DNA from: an uncultured Acidobacteriota bacterium
GTDB lineage: Bacteria > Acidobacteriota > UBA6911
DNA length: 64,000 nucleotides
Direction of reading: 5' to 3'
NCBI GenBank assembly: GCA_963809485.1
Contig: CAWEJX010000008.1
Location: forward strand, 512,001 to 576,000
Shown here: positions 39,631 through 50,003 of the stretch, one piece after another
Layout: each line of letters begins with the position of its first letter
Position numbering within the stretch: position 1 is the stretch's first letter
Made by a program: the position numbers and the translations under genes
The notes under the pieces: generated by a model
Told to the model about the DNA's origin: nothing
Seen by the model: the letters and a program-made list of their open reading frames with translations, nothing else
Database searches by the model: none

Positions 39631-41427
39631 ATGCGCCAGGAAATGCACATTGTCCGCAGGCTGATATCCATTCTCGGTTGGTATCCCTGGGCAATATCTT
39701 TAGTTATTGCGCTCGGCTTGTTCTCATCGCTCACCCAGGGTTTCGGAATTGGGCTATTTATTCCACTCATCAACAGTTTTGACAAAACTGCCGGTGATTC
39801 TGCGACCGGCCGGTGGATTGTCGATTTGCTTTCCCGGATATTCCACGATATCCCGCCAGCCAACCGGTTTCTTGTCATCACCAGCTTGATTATTCTCTCC
39901 GCCGTAATCCGCACAATTGCTTCTTATCTCAACGCGATTATCACTGCATGGCTGAATTCACAGGTTGGACATCGGCTGCGGTCCGGCATTTTCGAGCAAC
40001 TTTTGACAATAAGTTACAGCTACCTTGAACGAAGGCAGACCGGGACGTTGCTCAATACTCTTGCCTCGGAAACCTGGCGTACCTGTCAGGCACTTTCGGT
40101 CCTGATTGGAGCTATCACCGCCTGCTGCATGTTGATCACCTACATGGCGTTCCTCTTTCTAATATCATGGCAGCTTACAATTGTTGTCGGAGTTGGAATG
40201 ATATCTATCTCTCTCGTCAATCGGACTTTGTCGCGGCAGGTCAAAGACCTTGGAGATCGTGCGACGCGAGCAAACTCCAGGCTGGCTGATAGAATGCTGG
40301 AGGGCTTTGGGGGCATGAAACTGATCCGTGCTTTCGGGCGCGAACAATATGAAAAAGATCGCTTTGACCGTGCATCGGAAGAAGTAAGTCGTACCTTCTT
40401 TAAGCTTGGAGTTATCGGAGGAGCCGTCAATCCCATCTATGAAATCCTGTCCATTGCGCTTTTGGCCGGGGTATTGCTGTACGTTCAACCTCAAACCACA
40501 GGCAACCTGGCACCAATTCTTGTATTCGTCTTCCTGCTATACCGGCTTCAGCCTATAGTAAAGGCTATCGATGGATCCCGGCTTCAACTGCTTTCGCTTT
40601 CGGCCGGAGTGGAAGCCGTAACGTCCTTTATGGATCGCTCTGACAAACCATATCCCCTCTCCGGCAAGGCGAGTTTCGGTGGCCTGGACAAGGGCATCGA
40701 GCTCTCATCCGTAACATTTCGTTATGATACTGATGCGCCTCCGGCCCTGAAAGATGTTTCGCTGGTAATTCCGGCCCGCAAGACTACAGCGCTTGTGGGG
40801 CCGTCTGGCGCCGGAAAGTCTACATTGATAAACCTGCTGTTTCGTTTTTATGAGGCTGATGAGGGCAATATCCTTATCGATGAGAGGCCATTGCACCAAA
40901 TTGATATCGCCTCCTGGCGGCAACGCCTGGCGCTGGTGAGTCAGGATGCCTATATGCTCAATGCCACAGTGCGTGAGAATATTGCTTACGGTAAGTTGGA
41001 TGCAACCATGGATGAAATTATTAATGCTGCAAAAAAAGCCCAGGCCCATGATTTCATTATGAAGCTGCCGGCAGCATACGAGAGTCAGGTTGGAAATCGC
41101 GGGGTGTTTCTATCGGGCGGTCAACAGCAACGGATCACCCTGGCGCGAGCTATTATTCGCGATCCGGACATCCTTATCCTTGATGAAGCCACCAACCAGC
41201 TCGATAGCATTGCAGAACACCTGGTTCAGGAAGCATTGGAGAGCTTCAGTGGGCAAAAAACCGTTATCATCATTGCCCATAGACTTTCAACAGTGGATCG
41301 GGCGGATCATATAGCCGTCCTGGATAATGGTGAGCTTTGTGAGCAGGGCAGGCTTGAGAATCTGCTTGACCTCAATGGCCTTTTTGCCAAACTTTACAGA
41401 CTGCAATATCGCGACGTCCTCAAATGA
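39631..41427 (+). CDS. ABC exporter (TMD+NBD; MsbA/PglK/HepA-like)
   Basis: TM helices, GPSGAGKST, LSGGQQQR, ILDEAT, IAHRLS. Confidence 0.95.
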   Translation: MRQEMHIVRRLISILGWYPWAISLVIALGLFSSLTQGFGIGLFIPLINSFDKTAGDSATGRWIVDLLSRIFHDIPPANRFLVITSLIILSAVIRTIASYLNAIITAWLNSQVGHRLRSGIFEQLLTISYSYLERRQTGTLLNTLASETWRTCQALSVLIGAITACCMLITYMAFLFLISWQLTIVVGVGMISISLVNRTLSRQVKDLGDRATRANSRLADRMLEGFGGMKLIRAFGREQYEKDRFDRASEEVSRTFFKLGVIGGAVNPIYEILSIALLAGVLLYVQPQTTGNLAPILVFVFLLYRLQPIVKAIDGSRLQLLSLSAGVEAVTSFMDRSDKPYPLSGKASFGGLDKGIELSSVTFRYDTDAPPALKDVSLVIPARKTTALVGPSGAGKSTLINLLFRFYEADEGNILIDERPLHQIDIASWRQRLALVSQDAYMLNATVRENIAYGKLDATMDEIINAAKKAQAHDFIMKLPAAYESQVGNRGVFLSGGQQQRITLARAIIRDPDILILDEATNQLDSIAEHLVQEALESFSGQKTVIIIAHRLSTVDRADHIAVLDNGELCEQGRLENLLDLNGLFAKLYRLQYRDVLK

Positions 41428-41446
41428 GAAAGCCTGACAGGCCGCC

Positions 41447-42676
41447 ATGGAGTATCCGATTTTCGACATTGAAATAACGGATCCCCTTCCCGATATCCCG
41501 CTCTCCAGGCTTGAGCAAGGCTGTGCTCTTTTGATCCGGAGAAAGGGTAAACCTCTTGGATTTCTGCTGCCGGATGTCGCCAGGATCGTGAAGGACAAGA
41601 CCGATTCTTTATCACAGATAATCGCGGCACACGCGGGAAAACAAATCCTTGAAAACGCTATCCAGGATGAGCTTCAGAGTCGTGTATCCGAACCTGTGGT
41701 TGACCTTCCCAGTGTAACGGCCGTCCTCTGTACTCATGGGCGTCCTGCCTATGCGGCCCGGTGCCTGGATTCCCTCCAAAAGATTACGTTCCCTCCCGGT
41801 TTTTCACCAACTAAGCTGGAGGTACTGCTAGTCGATAACGCGCCGGCGAATAGTCAAACCAGAGAACTCGTGAAGAAATTTCCCGGGATTCATTACATTT
41901 GCGAGAAGAAGCCGGGGTTGGATTTTGCCCGCAACCGGGCGTGGTCCGAGGCAACAGGCGCCATCGTCGCTTATATTGATGATGATGTCGTTGTAGACCG
42001 GGGATGGCTCCACGGTCTCCTGGAAGCCTATCGTGCGTATCCAGCGGCAGGCGGTTTTACCGGGCTTGTCCTTCCTTTTGAGCTTGCTACCCAGGCACAG
42101 TTCCTTTTCGAAAAGCGAGGCGGCTTCCGAAAAGGATTTAGGCGCATCGTGTACGGCAATAGCCTGCCCCGTAATCCGTTGTATCCCGCCGGTATCGGGA
42201 TAATCGGTACCGGAGCAAACATGGCTTTCAGGAGGGATTTGCTGGAACAAATCGGTGGATTTGACGAGGCTCTTGACACTGGGGCTTCCCTGCCAGGTGG
42301 CGGGGATCTTGACATGTTTTACAGAATAATCCGATCGGGAATTAGCATAGTCTATGAGCCTCGCTACATGGTCTTCCATCAGCATCGGAGAGCGATATCA
42401 GCTCTGCGCGGTCAATATAGCAGCTGGGGCCTCGGCATGATGGCTTTCGTGGCAAAGACCTATCGCACCGATATGGATGAACGGAGGAAATTGCGTCGTC
42501 TCGTCGCCTGGTGGCTACCTTATCAGTTGCGCTTGCTGATTCGCGGATTGAAGGGGCGGAAAGAATATCGTGCGGATTTTGTTCTTGCGGAGCTTATGGG
42601 CGGCTTATTCGGGCTGTGCGGCGAATACGACAGGTCGCTGCGTCGAATCCAGAGGATCCGGAGGAGTCTCGGATGA
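41447..42676 (+). CDS. Glycosyltransferase family 2 with N-terminal extension
   Basis: VDNAP, GLDFARN, YIDDD, GTGANMAFRR. Confidence 0.92.
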   Translation: MEYPIFDIEITDPLPDIPLSRLEQGCALLIRRKGKPLGFLLPDVARIVKDKTDSLSQIIAAHAGKQILENAIQDELQSRVSEPVVDLPSVTAVLCTHGRPAYAARCLDSLQKITFPPGFSPTKLEVLLVDNAPANSQTRELVKKFPGIHYICEKKPGLDFARNRAWSEATGAIVAYIDDDVVVDRGWLHGLLEAYRAYPAAGGFTGLVLPFELATQAQFLFEKRGGFRKGFRRIVYGNSLPRNPLYPAGIGIIGTGANMAFRRDLLEQIGGFDEALDTGASLPGGGDLDMFYRIIRSGISIVYEPRYMVFHQHRRAISALRGQYSSWGLGMMAFVAKTYRTDMDERRKLRRLVAWWLPYQLRLLIRGLKGRKEYRADFVLAELMGGLFGLCGEYDRSLRRIQRIRRSLG

Positions 42677-43953
42677 AACCCTTTACTCCCTGGACGATTA
42701 TGCACTGGGATCTCACACAAGGCGTTCCCCTGCTCGAATGCCGGGAATGCCGGGGCCCAATTATGCTTTTCCTCTGGCACTCTCAGATCCCGCTTGGCCA
42801 CCTCGAGATCGCGCCGGACCTGCTGCCTCTTTCTTCCGACGAACTCACATTCCTGATTGGGAGGGCGATTGCACCAGCCGTTGGGACTCGCGTTTTGAAG
42901 AAAGGTTTTCGCCATCCCCTGCCCGGGCCTGCGGCCGCATCTCAAAACCTTCCGGATCTTGCGGAACTGGCATTTTTGCGCAATCCCCTGGAAATGCTGA
43001 GCATGCAGCCGTCTACGGCAAGCGGAAAGGGAATCGGAATTTCTGTTATTGTCTGCACATGCGACCGCCCGGATCAACTGCGGCGTTGTCTTGCTGGATT
43101 GAAGAACCTTGAAACCTGCTCTGAGGAGATAATTGTTGTGGACAATGGGCAATTGACAGAAGCGACGCGCCACGTTGTTTCTGCCTTCCCCGGAATCCGC
43201 TATATTCAAGAGGCAAAACGCGGTCTGAGCGCTGCAAGAAACGCAGGCATACACGCAAGCTCCCATGAAATTCTGGCGTTCACTGATGATGATGCCGTCG
43301 CACATCCGCAGTGGCTGATCAGAATCGCCGCAGCTTTTGAAAATGAGCAAACGCTGGCGGTTACTGGCCTTGTTCTACCAGCAGAGCTGAAAACCGAGGC
43401 CCAGGTAAAGTTTCAAAAGCTGATGGGAGCCGCCCATTGGGATTACCGCGCGGTTAGCTACGGCCGTGACTTTTTTGAGCGGTGGAAAAACCGTGGCACA
43501 CCCGTCTGGAATATCGGCGCGGGGGCCAATATGGCTTTCAGGAGGAAGGCGTTTGATCTGGTGGGTTACTTTGATGAGCGTCTCGGAGCCGGCACCTCAG
43601 GATGCAGTGAGGACTCTGAGATGTGGCACAGAATACTTGCGGAAGGGTGGGAATGCAGGTATGAGCCGGCTGCCGTTGTATATCACAACCATCGGCAGGA
43701 GATGGAGGAGCTAAAAAAACAGCTTTTTGCCTACATGCGCGGGCATGTTGTAGCGTTGTTGGTGCAGTTCGAGAAGTACCGGCATTGGGGAAATCTTGTC
43801 CGGCTTGTGATCATACTGCCATGGACCTATATGAAAGCCTTGCTTTCCTGGCGGCGTGATGGATTTGGCCCAAGGCAGCCAATGCTGCTTCGCCAGGTGG
43901 CTGGATGTCTCGCAGGTTGTCTTTATTACCTCCGCCACCGCAAGCGAGTCTAG
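42673..43953 (+). CDS. Glycosyltransferase family 2, paralog of the preceding gene
   Basis: ATGA overlap; CTCDRP, GLSAARN, FTDDD, GAGANMAFRR. Confidence 0.92.
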   Translation: MKPFTPWTIMHWDLTQGVPLLECRECRGPIMLFLWHSQIPLGHLEIAPDLLPLSSDELTFLIGRAIAPAVGTRVLKKGFRHPLPGPAAASQNLPDLAELAFLRNPLEMLSMQPSTASGKGIGISVIVCTCDRPDQLRRCLAGLKNLETCSEEIIVVDNGQLTEATRHVVSAFPGIRYIQEAKRGLSAARNAGIHASSHEILAFTDDDAVAHPQWLIRIAAAFENEQTLAVTGLVLPAELKTEAQVKFQKLMGAAHWDYRAVSYGRDFFERWKNRGTPVWNIGAGANMAFRRKAFDLVGYFDERLGAGTSGCSEDSEMWHRILAEGWECRYEPAAVVYHNHRQEMEELKKQLFAYMRGHVVALLVQFEKYRHWGNLVRLVIILPWTYMKALLSWRRDGFGPRQPMLLRQVAGCLAGCLYYLRHRKRV

Positions 43954-44172
43954 ATTCCAGTTTCTGAGGCATACCGTTGGATGCCTCAATGAGCCAATAC
44001 GCAGCCCTGACGAGCCGGAGCCAAAAAGGTTTCAGCGTGCCTTCGGCGCGGAATTCAAAAAGAACAAAACAAGAATTGCAAAACCCTGAAACCCAATCCA
44101 CGGAACAATTCCCACGAAACCGGTGCATAAAATCCATACAGGCACCAAGGTTGCACCTCCGAATAGGAAAGC

Positions 44173-44285
44173 ATGGACCTACTGACGGATCGGTATACCG
44201 AGAAGATTTCCGGGATTTTCAAAGGACTCGATCGCATCATCCTCCAAGGAATGCTCCCAAGCTCTACCATCTGGACCGAATGACC
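44173..44285 (+). pseudogene. Possible N-terminal stub of an unclassified transposase
   Basis: MDLLTDRYTEKISGIFKGLDRIILQGMLP resembles recalled N-termini of such proteins; unverified. Confidence 0.35.
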
Positions 44286-44450
44286 GGCTGAGGCACCTGG
44301 AGCCAATCTGCGAACCATGTGATTTGAGTCACAGCTGTTCCCAATATTCTGGATTAAAGTATTAGCTGGCGACAAGTGTATGGCTTTGCAGCTGATGAAT
44401 GGGTAATCATCTCACCGATTCTGTGGGCATTTGTAAAGGAACAGAGCGCG

Positions 44451-44680
44451 ATGAAGATGTGGCTTTCGTCATCGGCTGCGGGGACTATGGTTATTTTCTG
44501 TTCCCCTGCATGGAGGCAGCCACTGCACCTATTACATTGCACCCAACGGCAGCGACTCCAACCCTTGAACCAAAAGCAGTCCCTGCGGCACGATCCAGAA
44601 GGCCGCCAAGACGCTCCGCGCAGGGGACACAGTGCTGATCCTGCAGGGTGTTTACGCCAAGAGGGCGGTTCCGGGCTCAA
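44451..44680 (+). pseudogene. N-terminal stub of a secreted beta-helix (DUF1565-like) protein
   Basis: TYYIAPNGSDSNP*TKSSPCGTIQKAAKTLRAGDTVLILQGVY with stop and frameshift. Confidence 0.65.
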
Positions 44681-44873
44681 AATAACGCACAGCGGGTGAT
44701 TAGAATCACAGCATAGCTCGTTGAGAAGCATTATGCTATCGATGGTTGAACTGTCTCGAGAGCCTACGAACGTATTTGGCGATTTGCTAGAACATGTTCC
44801 ACCAGCTATTATATCCAAAAACGAGTCCCGGACACGTGTTTGGCTATCGTCGCAGAAATTGGGAGGTAAAACC

Positions 44874-46316
44874 ATGGACGGCGGACTTCGATCGAAATTT
44901 TCACTGTACCTGATTCTCTATTTTGTTTTTTTTCAGGCGACGCTGTTTGCAGCCAACGGATTTCCAGAAGCTGAAGGCTTCGGAGCCGTTACCCTCGGGG
45001 GAAGAGGCGGAAAGATCTATCGGATAACGAACCTGAACGACTCCGGCTCCGGAAGCTTGCGCGAGTGCGTGAATGCAAGCGGCGCCCGGATTTGTGTCTT
45101 TGCCGTCGGTGGTATCATTACGGTCAATACCTCGCTCGTCATCAGCAATCCTTACATCACCATCGCCGGCCAGACTGCGCCTGGTGGCGGCATCACTCTC
45201 CGAACCGCCTCGGGAGGGGACGTGTTCTCCACACGAACCCACGACGTCGTCATGCGTTACATCACGGCAAGACCGGGACCCGGCGGCGAGAACCATGCGA
45301 ATCAGATCGCGGTGAACGGCGTCGAGCTTTACAATATCCTGATCGACCACTGCACATTCAGCTGGGGGGTAGATTCAAATATCGAAACCTGGTACCGTGT
45401 GAAGAATGCCACGATACAGTGGTCGATTATTTCCGAAGGCCTCGACTGCAGTACTCATTCGAAGGGATGTCACAGCAAGGGCTTAATGATCGGGGGGTAT
45501 GCCGGTAGTGAAAGCCACAACAGCCTGGGTTCCGAGAACATCTCGATCCACCACAACCTCATGGCGCACAATGGTGAAAGAAATCCGCTGATGCAGCTCT
45601 GCGGCCCGGCCCAGGTTGTCAACAACATCACGTACAACCCCTATTGGACTTTTTCCCACCAGCAGGACAACTGCATTCTCCCGTCGAACAACACCATTAA
45701 CTGGATCGGCAACTATCACAAGAAAGGTCCGGACAGCACTTCCAGCAGCGATCTGAAAGTGATCGCAGGGGATTCAGGCTTTGCCGGGAACGCGAAGGTC
45801 TATGTGAAGGGGAACATCGGCCCCAGCAGGACCAGCGACACGCTTCCGGACAGCAACTGGGTTGATTCCGGCAGCAGAAGCTTCATCGTATCAACCCCGG
45901 TTGCGGCCCCGTCAATTACCACCTCAAGCGCCTTCGCCGCGTTCGATGAAGTCCTGGCAGACGCCGGAAACAACCGGGGTCTGAGCTGCGACGGCAGCTG
46001 GTTTTTGCGTCGCGACTCGATCGACACGCGGGTTGTCAATGACGTCAAGAACGGCACCGGGCACATCATCGATTCGCCTTCCGAGGTCGGTGGCTGGATT
46101 ACGCCCGCATCGGGTACAGCCTGTGCGGATTCCGATCGCGACGGAATGCCGGATGCCTGGGAAACTCTGCATGGCCTGGCGCCCGGGGATGTTGCCGACG
46201 CTCTCCGCGACGACGACGCGGACGGGTACACTAACATCGAGGAATTCCTGAACGGGACCGACCCGAAACCGGTGGCAGATAGCCTTGCGGCGCCCACCGG
46301 GCTGCGGATCCTCTGA
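44874..46316 (+). CDS. Secreted PL1-family polysaccharide (pectate) lyase
   Basis: GGAGG RBS; FPEAEGFG..T.GGRGG, TIAGQTAPG, IDHCTFSW, RNP, DSDRDGMPDAWE. Confidence 0.92.
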   Translation: MDGGLRSKFSLYLILYFVFFQATLFAANGFPEAEGFGAVTLGGRGGKIYRITNLNDSGSGSLRECVNASGARICVFAVGGIITVNTSLVISNPYITIAGQTAPGGGITLRTASGGDVFSTRTHDVVMRYITARPGPGGENHANQIAVNGVELYNILIDHCTFSWGVDSNIETWYRVKNATIQWSIISEGLDCSTHSKGCHSKGLMIGGYAGSESHNSLGSENISIHHNLMAHNGERNPLMQLCGPAQVVNNITYNPYWTFSHQQDNCILPSNNTINWIGNYHKKGPDSTSSSDLKVIAGDSGFAGNAKVYVKGNIGPSRTSDTLPDSNWVDSGSRSFIVSTPVAAPSITTSSAFAAFDEVLADAGNNRGLSCDGSWFLRRDSIDTRVVNDVKNGTGHIIDSPSEVGGWITPASGTACADSDRDGMPDAWETLHGLAPGDVADALRDDDADGYTNIEEFLNGTDPKPVADSLAAPTGLRIL

Positions 46317-47097
46317 TCGGGGCGAGACTCCTACGGCGCATTCAGATGACGGAGATACCCGAAGATTCTCGGTACCGATATCCGCGATTCAGACACTGGC
46401 GGCGGTCCCCCGCCGCTTATTGATCGCCTCCCGATTGATTTTTTCCACAGGGTTTCTTGACAGAGAACAATTCGAGCGCATGGCGGGTCTCCGCACTATG
46501 AACTGCTGATTCGAAAGAGGATCAGGATGGAGGAAGTCTACTATCGGGCGATCACCCTCCCTGGCAGGCTCATCGTCCTGAAAGCAGATCCCGAAGTCGC
46601 GGAACGAAAAAAGATGAAAAAGGCTCAACGTCGGTGATGGCCCGATCCGGTTAGATTGGGGATCCGATTGGAGGCCGCTTGAGTGATAGACGCGAACAGG
46701 GCCCGCGCTGGAGTCTTCTCCAACATCAGCACGCTTGTTTGGTCAAAACTCTGAAAGACGACACGGGAAGGCGTGTAAAATTGAAGAGGGAGCGCAGAAA
46801 GCGTGGTAAAGGGCAGCCCAGGGCGAAGGCCGTGAAGCGAGCCGAAGCCCCGAGGTAAGATGGCAGGAACTCAAGCCCTGTATAGATGGAGCACTGGTCT
46901 GTTTGGCCCATACAGGACTCACTTCTGAATTTGTCCGGGACCCAGGATTCCGGAGCATAGCGGCAGGCGCTCCTTCAAATCGGGTTGTCCTCTGCCGCAC
47001 TCCGGTGCTCGGTGAGAAATAATCAGCTCCGCATGCTCCAGAGCTGTGAAGACCGGCAGACTGCTCATGACACTGCCGATCCGAGGCGCATACGGGA

Positions 47098-48171
47098 TCA
47101 GGCGAGCGTATTCCTGATAATCGCCACGACCGGCGATGCGTAGTCGGACACGGGAGTCGCGGCAAAAATTTGCTTTTGCCGCGGCAAGTCCGCGAGAACT
47201 TCTCGGATCGAGTTCAGGAATGACTCAGGCTCTCCATTCGTGAACAGGACGCTGGGTTCGGGCCGCGGTGTGGCGTTGCTCGCAACGACCGGTACCCCGA
47301 GCCAGATTGCCTCGCGTATCGAGGAGCTGTCCCCTTCGCTGCGCGTCGGCCGCAAAAAGACATCCGTGTACTTCAGCATCGGCCAGAACACGTGCTGTTC
47401 CGATCGCAGGAAGACTGCATCAGCAGGTCCGGCGTTCTCGATACATTGCCGCAGGTTCCGGACCTTACCTGGATTGATCTCAGAGTCGTAGGTGCTCAGC
47501 ATCAGACCGACCCGAGGATACTGCTCCCGGATTCTAGGCAGCACCGAGAGCAGCAGGTCCAGACCGTACATGTTTCCACGTTCGCCCAGCCACAATTGGC
47601 CATTTGCGGCAAGTACCGGCGTGTGACTGCGGGCGAATTCAATTACCTCATCGGGCGGCTCTTCGCTCCTGTCTGCGGGGAGTATGAATCCGGGAATCAG
47701 ATGGACCTTTGCAGGATCGATCCCCTGTTGCACGATGGAGTCGGCAAGGTGGGGAGAAACAGGCATGATATATTCCGCGTTGCGTAGCGCAACCAGGGTC
47801 ATCCACCTGGCAAGCGAACGGCTCCGTTCGAAAGTGCGCAGGATATGTTCCTCGCCGATGCGGAGGATGTAGCGTTTACCCCTAAATACCTTCAGCAGGT
47901 AGGCAAGAAACCGGACGCCGGGCCGGCCGGTAAAGACGTAGAGGCTCCTTTCGGGAGCCCAGAGGGCGAACTTGATAAACCACAGTATCTGGTTTCGGCG
48001 AATGGATACAGCACGCGGCGGATCCTGCCCATCGCTGACACGGTTGTACACCCGCGCCCTTATGCCCTCCTGCTGCAGACAATCCAACAGGCGAACGATA
48101 TGAGTAGCCATTCCCCCATAGGGCGGTGGGTAGATACCCCAGATTGCCACATCCCAGGAACGCTTGCTCAT
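47098..48171 (-). CDS. Glycosyltransferase family 4
   Basis: YPPPYGG, DVFLRPTRSEGDSSSIREA..LGVPVVAS. Confidence 0.88.
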   Translation of the reverse strand: MSKRSWDVAIWGIYPPPYGGMATHIVRLLDCLQQEGIRARVYNRVSDGQDPPRAVSIRRNQILWFIKFALWAPERSLYVFTGRPGVRFLAYLLKVFRGKRYILRIGEEHILRTFERSRSLARWMTLVALRNAEYIMPVSPHLADSIVQQGIDPAKVHLIPGFILPADRSEEPPDEVIEFARSHTPVLAANGQLWLGERGNMYGLDLLLSVLPRIREQYPRVGLMLSTYDSEINPGKVRNLRQCIENAGPADAVFLRSEQHVFWPMLKYTDVFLRPTRSEGDSSSIREAIWLGVPVVASNATPRPEPSVLFTNGEPESFLNSIREVLADLPRQKQIFAATPVSDYASPVVAIIRNTLA

Positions 48172-48217
48172 GCGGTCCTCCTCAGGAAGATTGTTCTGCC
48201 GAAGCGGCTGCGCACCA

Positions 48218-49921
48218 TCACTGTTCCAGCAACTGATTCAATCGATAGAATGGCAGAGGCAACCTCGACCGTCGCGTTAAGGCGTCGATCACGGTCAGGT
48301 TCCCCTCTTTCGCAAACGTGTGGCACGCCAGTATGCGTGAGTCCAATTCGGGCCGCACCGATCGCACGGTCTGCTCCCGGTAATCGGTCTCGTTCAGGAC
48401 CTCCACCTCGTTGATGTCGAATCCGTATCCGTACGTGCTGCCTCCATTCTGCGATGGCCGGAAGATCTTTCCGCCCTCGAAAAACACCCTGCCTGCCGGC
48501 CTCGCCCGCTGAATATCCGTAACAACGGGATTGCGAGGATGAGGATTCCAGGTGCCGGCAAATAGATCATCCGCGTAGTAGAGGAAGAGCTCCACCTGCG
48601 GATGTGCCCCAGGATGCTCCGCCATCGCCGTGAAGAGCCACCATCGGTCGGCGTGACGAAAGAGAGTGGTGTCGACGGCTGTGACGTCCTTCATGAGACA
48701 CGTCTTCAAACGCCAGACAAACGGGAATGATTCGCATTCATACAGGTCGATTCTCCTGCTCTGGGCCGATTCGGGGATCATGTAATACGTGTCTTCCCAG
48801 CAGAACACAAAGGGATAGGACAGGTGAACCGGTCTCTTCAGGACGGATACCGGAGGTTTCCAGCGGCCTTCGTCGTCCATCTCGATCACCGAGATGTGTC
48901 CCTTGCCGGTCGTGTACAGGAGTTCCTCGATGAAGATGTAGTACTTGCCATCCCGTCGTATAATTATCGGATCCGCCCAGAACCTGTCTCCGGGCGGCAT
49001 CATGACACTAAATCCCTTGAAGGATAGATCACCGTGCCCGCTCGGCCCATACAGGAGATACCATGTATCCCGACAGCCTATCCGCCGAACCAGCATCCCC
49101 GCCAACCTGGTAAAAATCCTGCTGAAGTGCAGAGCAGACGTGAAATTTGAGGGCACACCATAAGACGCAGGCGCTGAAAGCGTCGCGTTGCGATTGTTCT
49201 CGGCCACCTCACGGAAAAATTCCACTTCGCCTAGCCGCCGCAGCAATTCGAGTTGTCTCGGGAGAAACGCAGCGGAAACCCAGAAGTAGTAGCTTCGATT
49301 CCGACCTGGAGAGAAAGGGTATGTGAAATGGGAGGAACGATAGAGGACCATCTCCCGCCCCAGTTCGCCTCCCGCGGCGTGCAGTGACGATCCTGTCGTC
49401 GGGTGATTCCGTACCACTTCCCAGAATCCCGGCAGATCATCCGAGAGGACGGTCGCGTCTGAATGATTGTAATACCAAGTGCCGAAGCGGCACGCGCGCA
49501 GGTCCGCGACATTGAGGCCGGAAAATCCCAGCTGTACCAGCACATCGAGATTAAATAGCCGGATACGGGAGACGGTATTGGCGTCCAATGTGAGGCAGTC
49601 TTTCCCTCGTATCGGCTTGACACACAGCGCCGGAGCTCCCGGACAAAGCGGGCCGATGTCCCTCGGTTCCATGGGATCCGGTTTCCTGGCGAACAGCACG
49701 TCATCGATCCAGTTCAGAATGCGGTACATCAACGGCAAAGCCGCCGGCAACGCCTGGACGGAACTCTGTGGACGACCGGGCGGCGTTGCATTGATAACCA
49801 GCAACTCTATCCGGGCGCACCCGGAACCTACGGCTCGCTCGAGAGCGTAATGCGCCCATGCAGGGATCTGGCGACCATCGAGGAGCAACCCGAGTTTAAT
49901 CTCCGGCCTGGAAGTGGTCAT
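48218..49921 (-). CDS. Formyltransferase-like N-domain fused to a five-bladed propeller (GINT1-N / GH43-like)
   Basis: FWADP, YIFIEE, HLSYPFVF, YMIPES, ARPAG, RPSQ..YG; N-terminal LDVLV..G..PGFWEV. Confidence 0.7.
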   Translation of the reverse strand: MTTSRPEIKLGLLLDGRQIPAWAHYALERAVGSGCARIELLVINATPPGRPQSSVQALPAALPLMYRILNWIDDVLFARKPDPMEPRDIGPLCPGAPALCVKPIRGKDCLTLDANTVSRIRLFNLDVLVQLGFSGLNVADLRACRFGTWYYNHSDATVLSDDLPGFWEVVRNHPTTGSSLHAAGGELGREMVLYRSSHFTYPFSPGRNRSYYFWVSAAFLPRQLELLRRLGEVEFFREVAENNRNATLSAPASYGVPSNFTSALHFSRIFTRLAGMLVRRIGCRDTWYLLYGPSGHGDLSFKGFSVMMPPGDRFWADPIIIRRDGKYYIFIEELLYTTGKGHISVIEMDDEGRWKPPVSVLKRPVHLSYPFVFCWEDTYYMIPESAQSRRIDLYECESFPFVWRLKTCLMKDVTAVDTTLFRHADRWWLFTAMAEHPGAHPQVELFLYYADDLFAGTWNPHPRNPVVTDIQRARPAGRVFFEGGKIFRPSQNGGSTYGYGFDINEVEVLNETDYREQTVRSVRPELDSRILACHTFAKEGNLTVIDALTRRSRLPLPFYRLNQLLEQ

Positions 49922-50003
49922 TTTTGCTGCAGGTTCCCGTCGGCACTCGTAGATACCAGAAATTCAACGCTTTTATTGGATCCCTTCAGTGAAATCGTGA
50001 TCA

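Noticed and set aside
46320-47095. Possible IS remnant ending GAGGCGCATAC
   Set aside because: Only an IS66-like heptamer end and a basic peptide; no convincing transposase motif.
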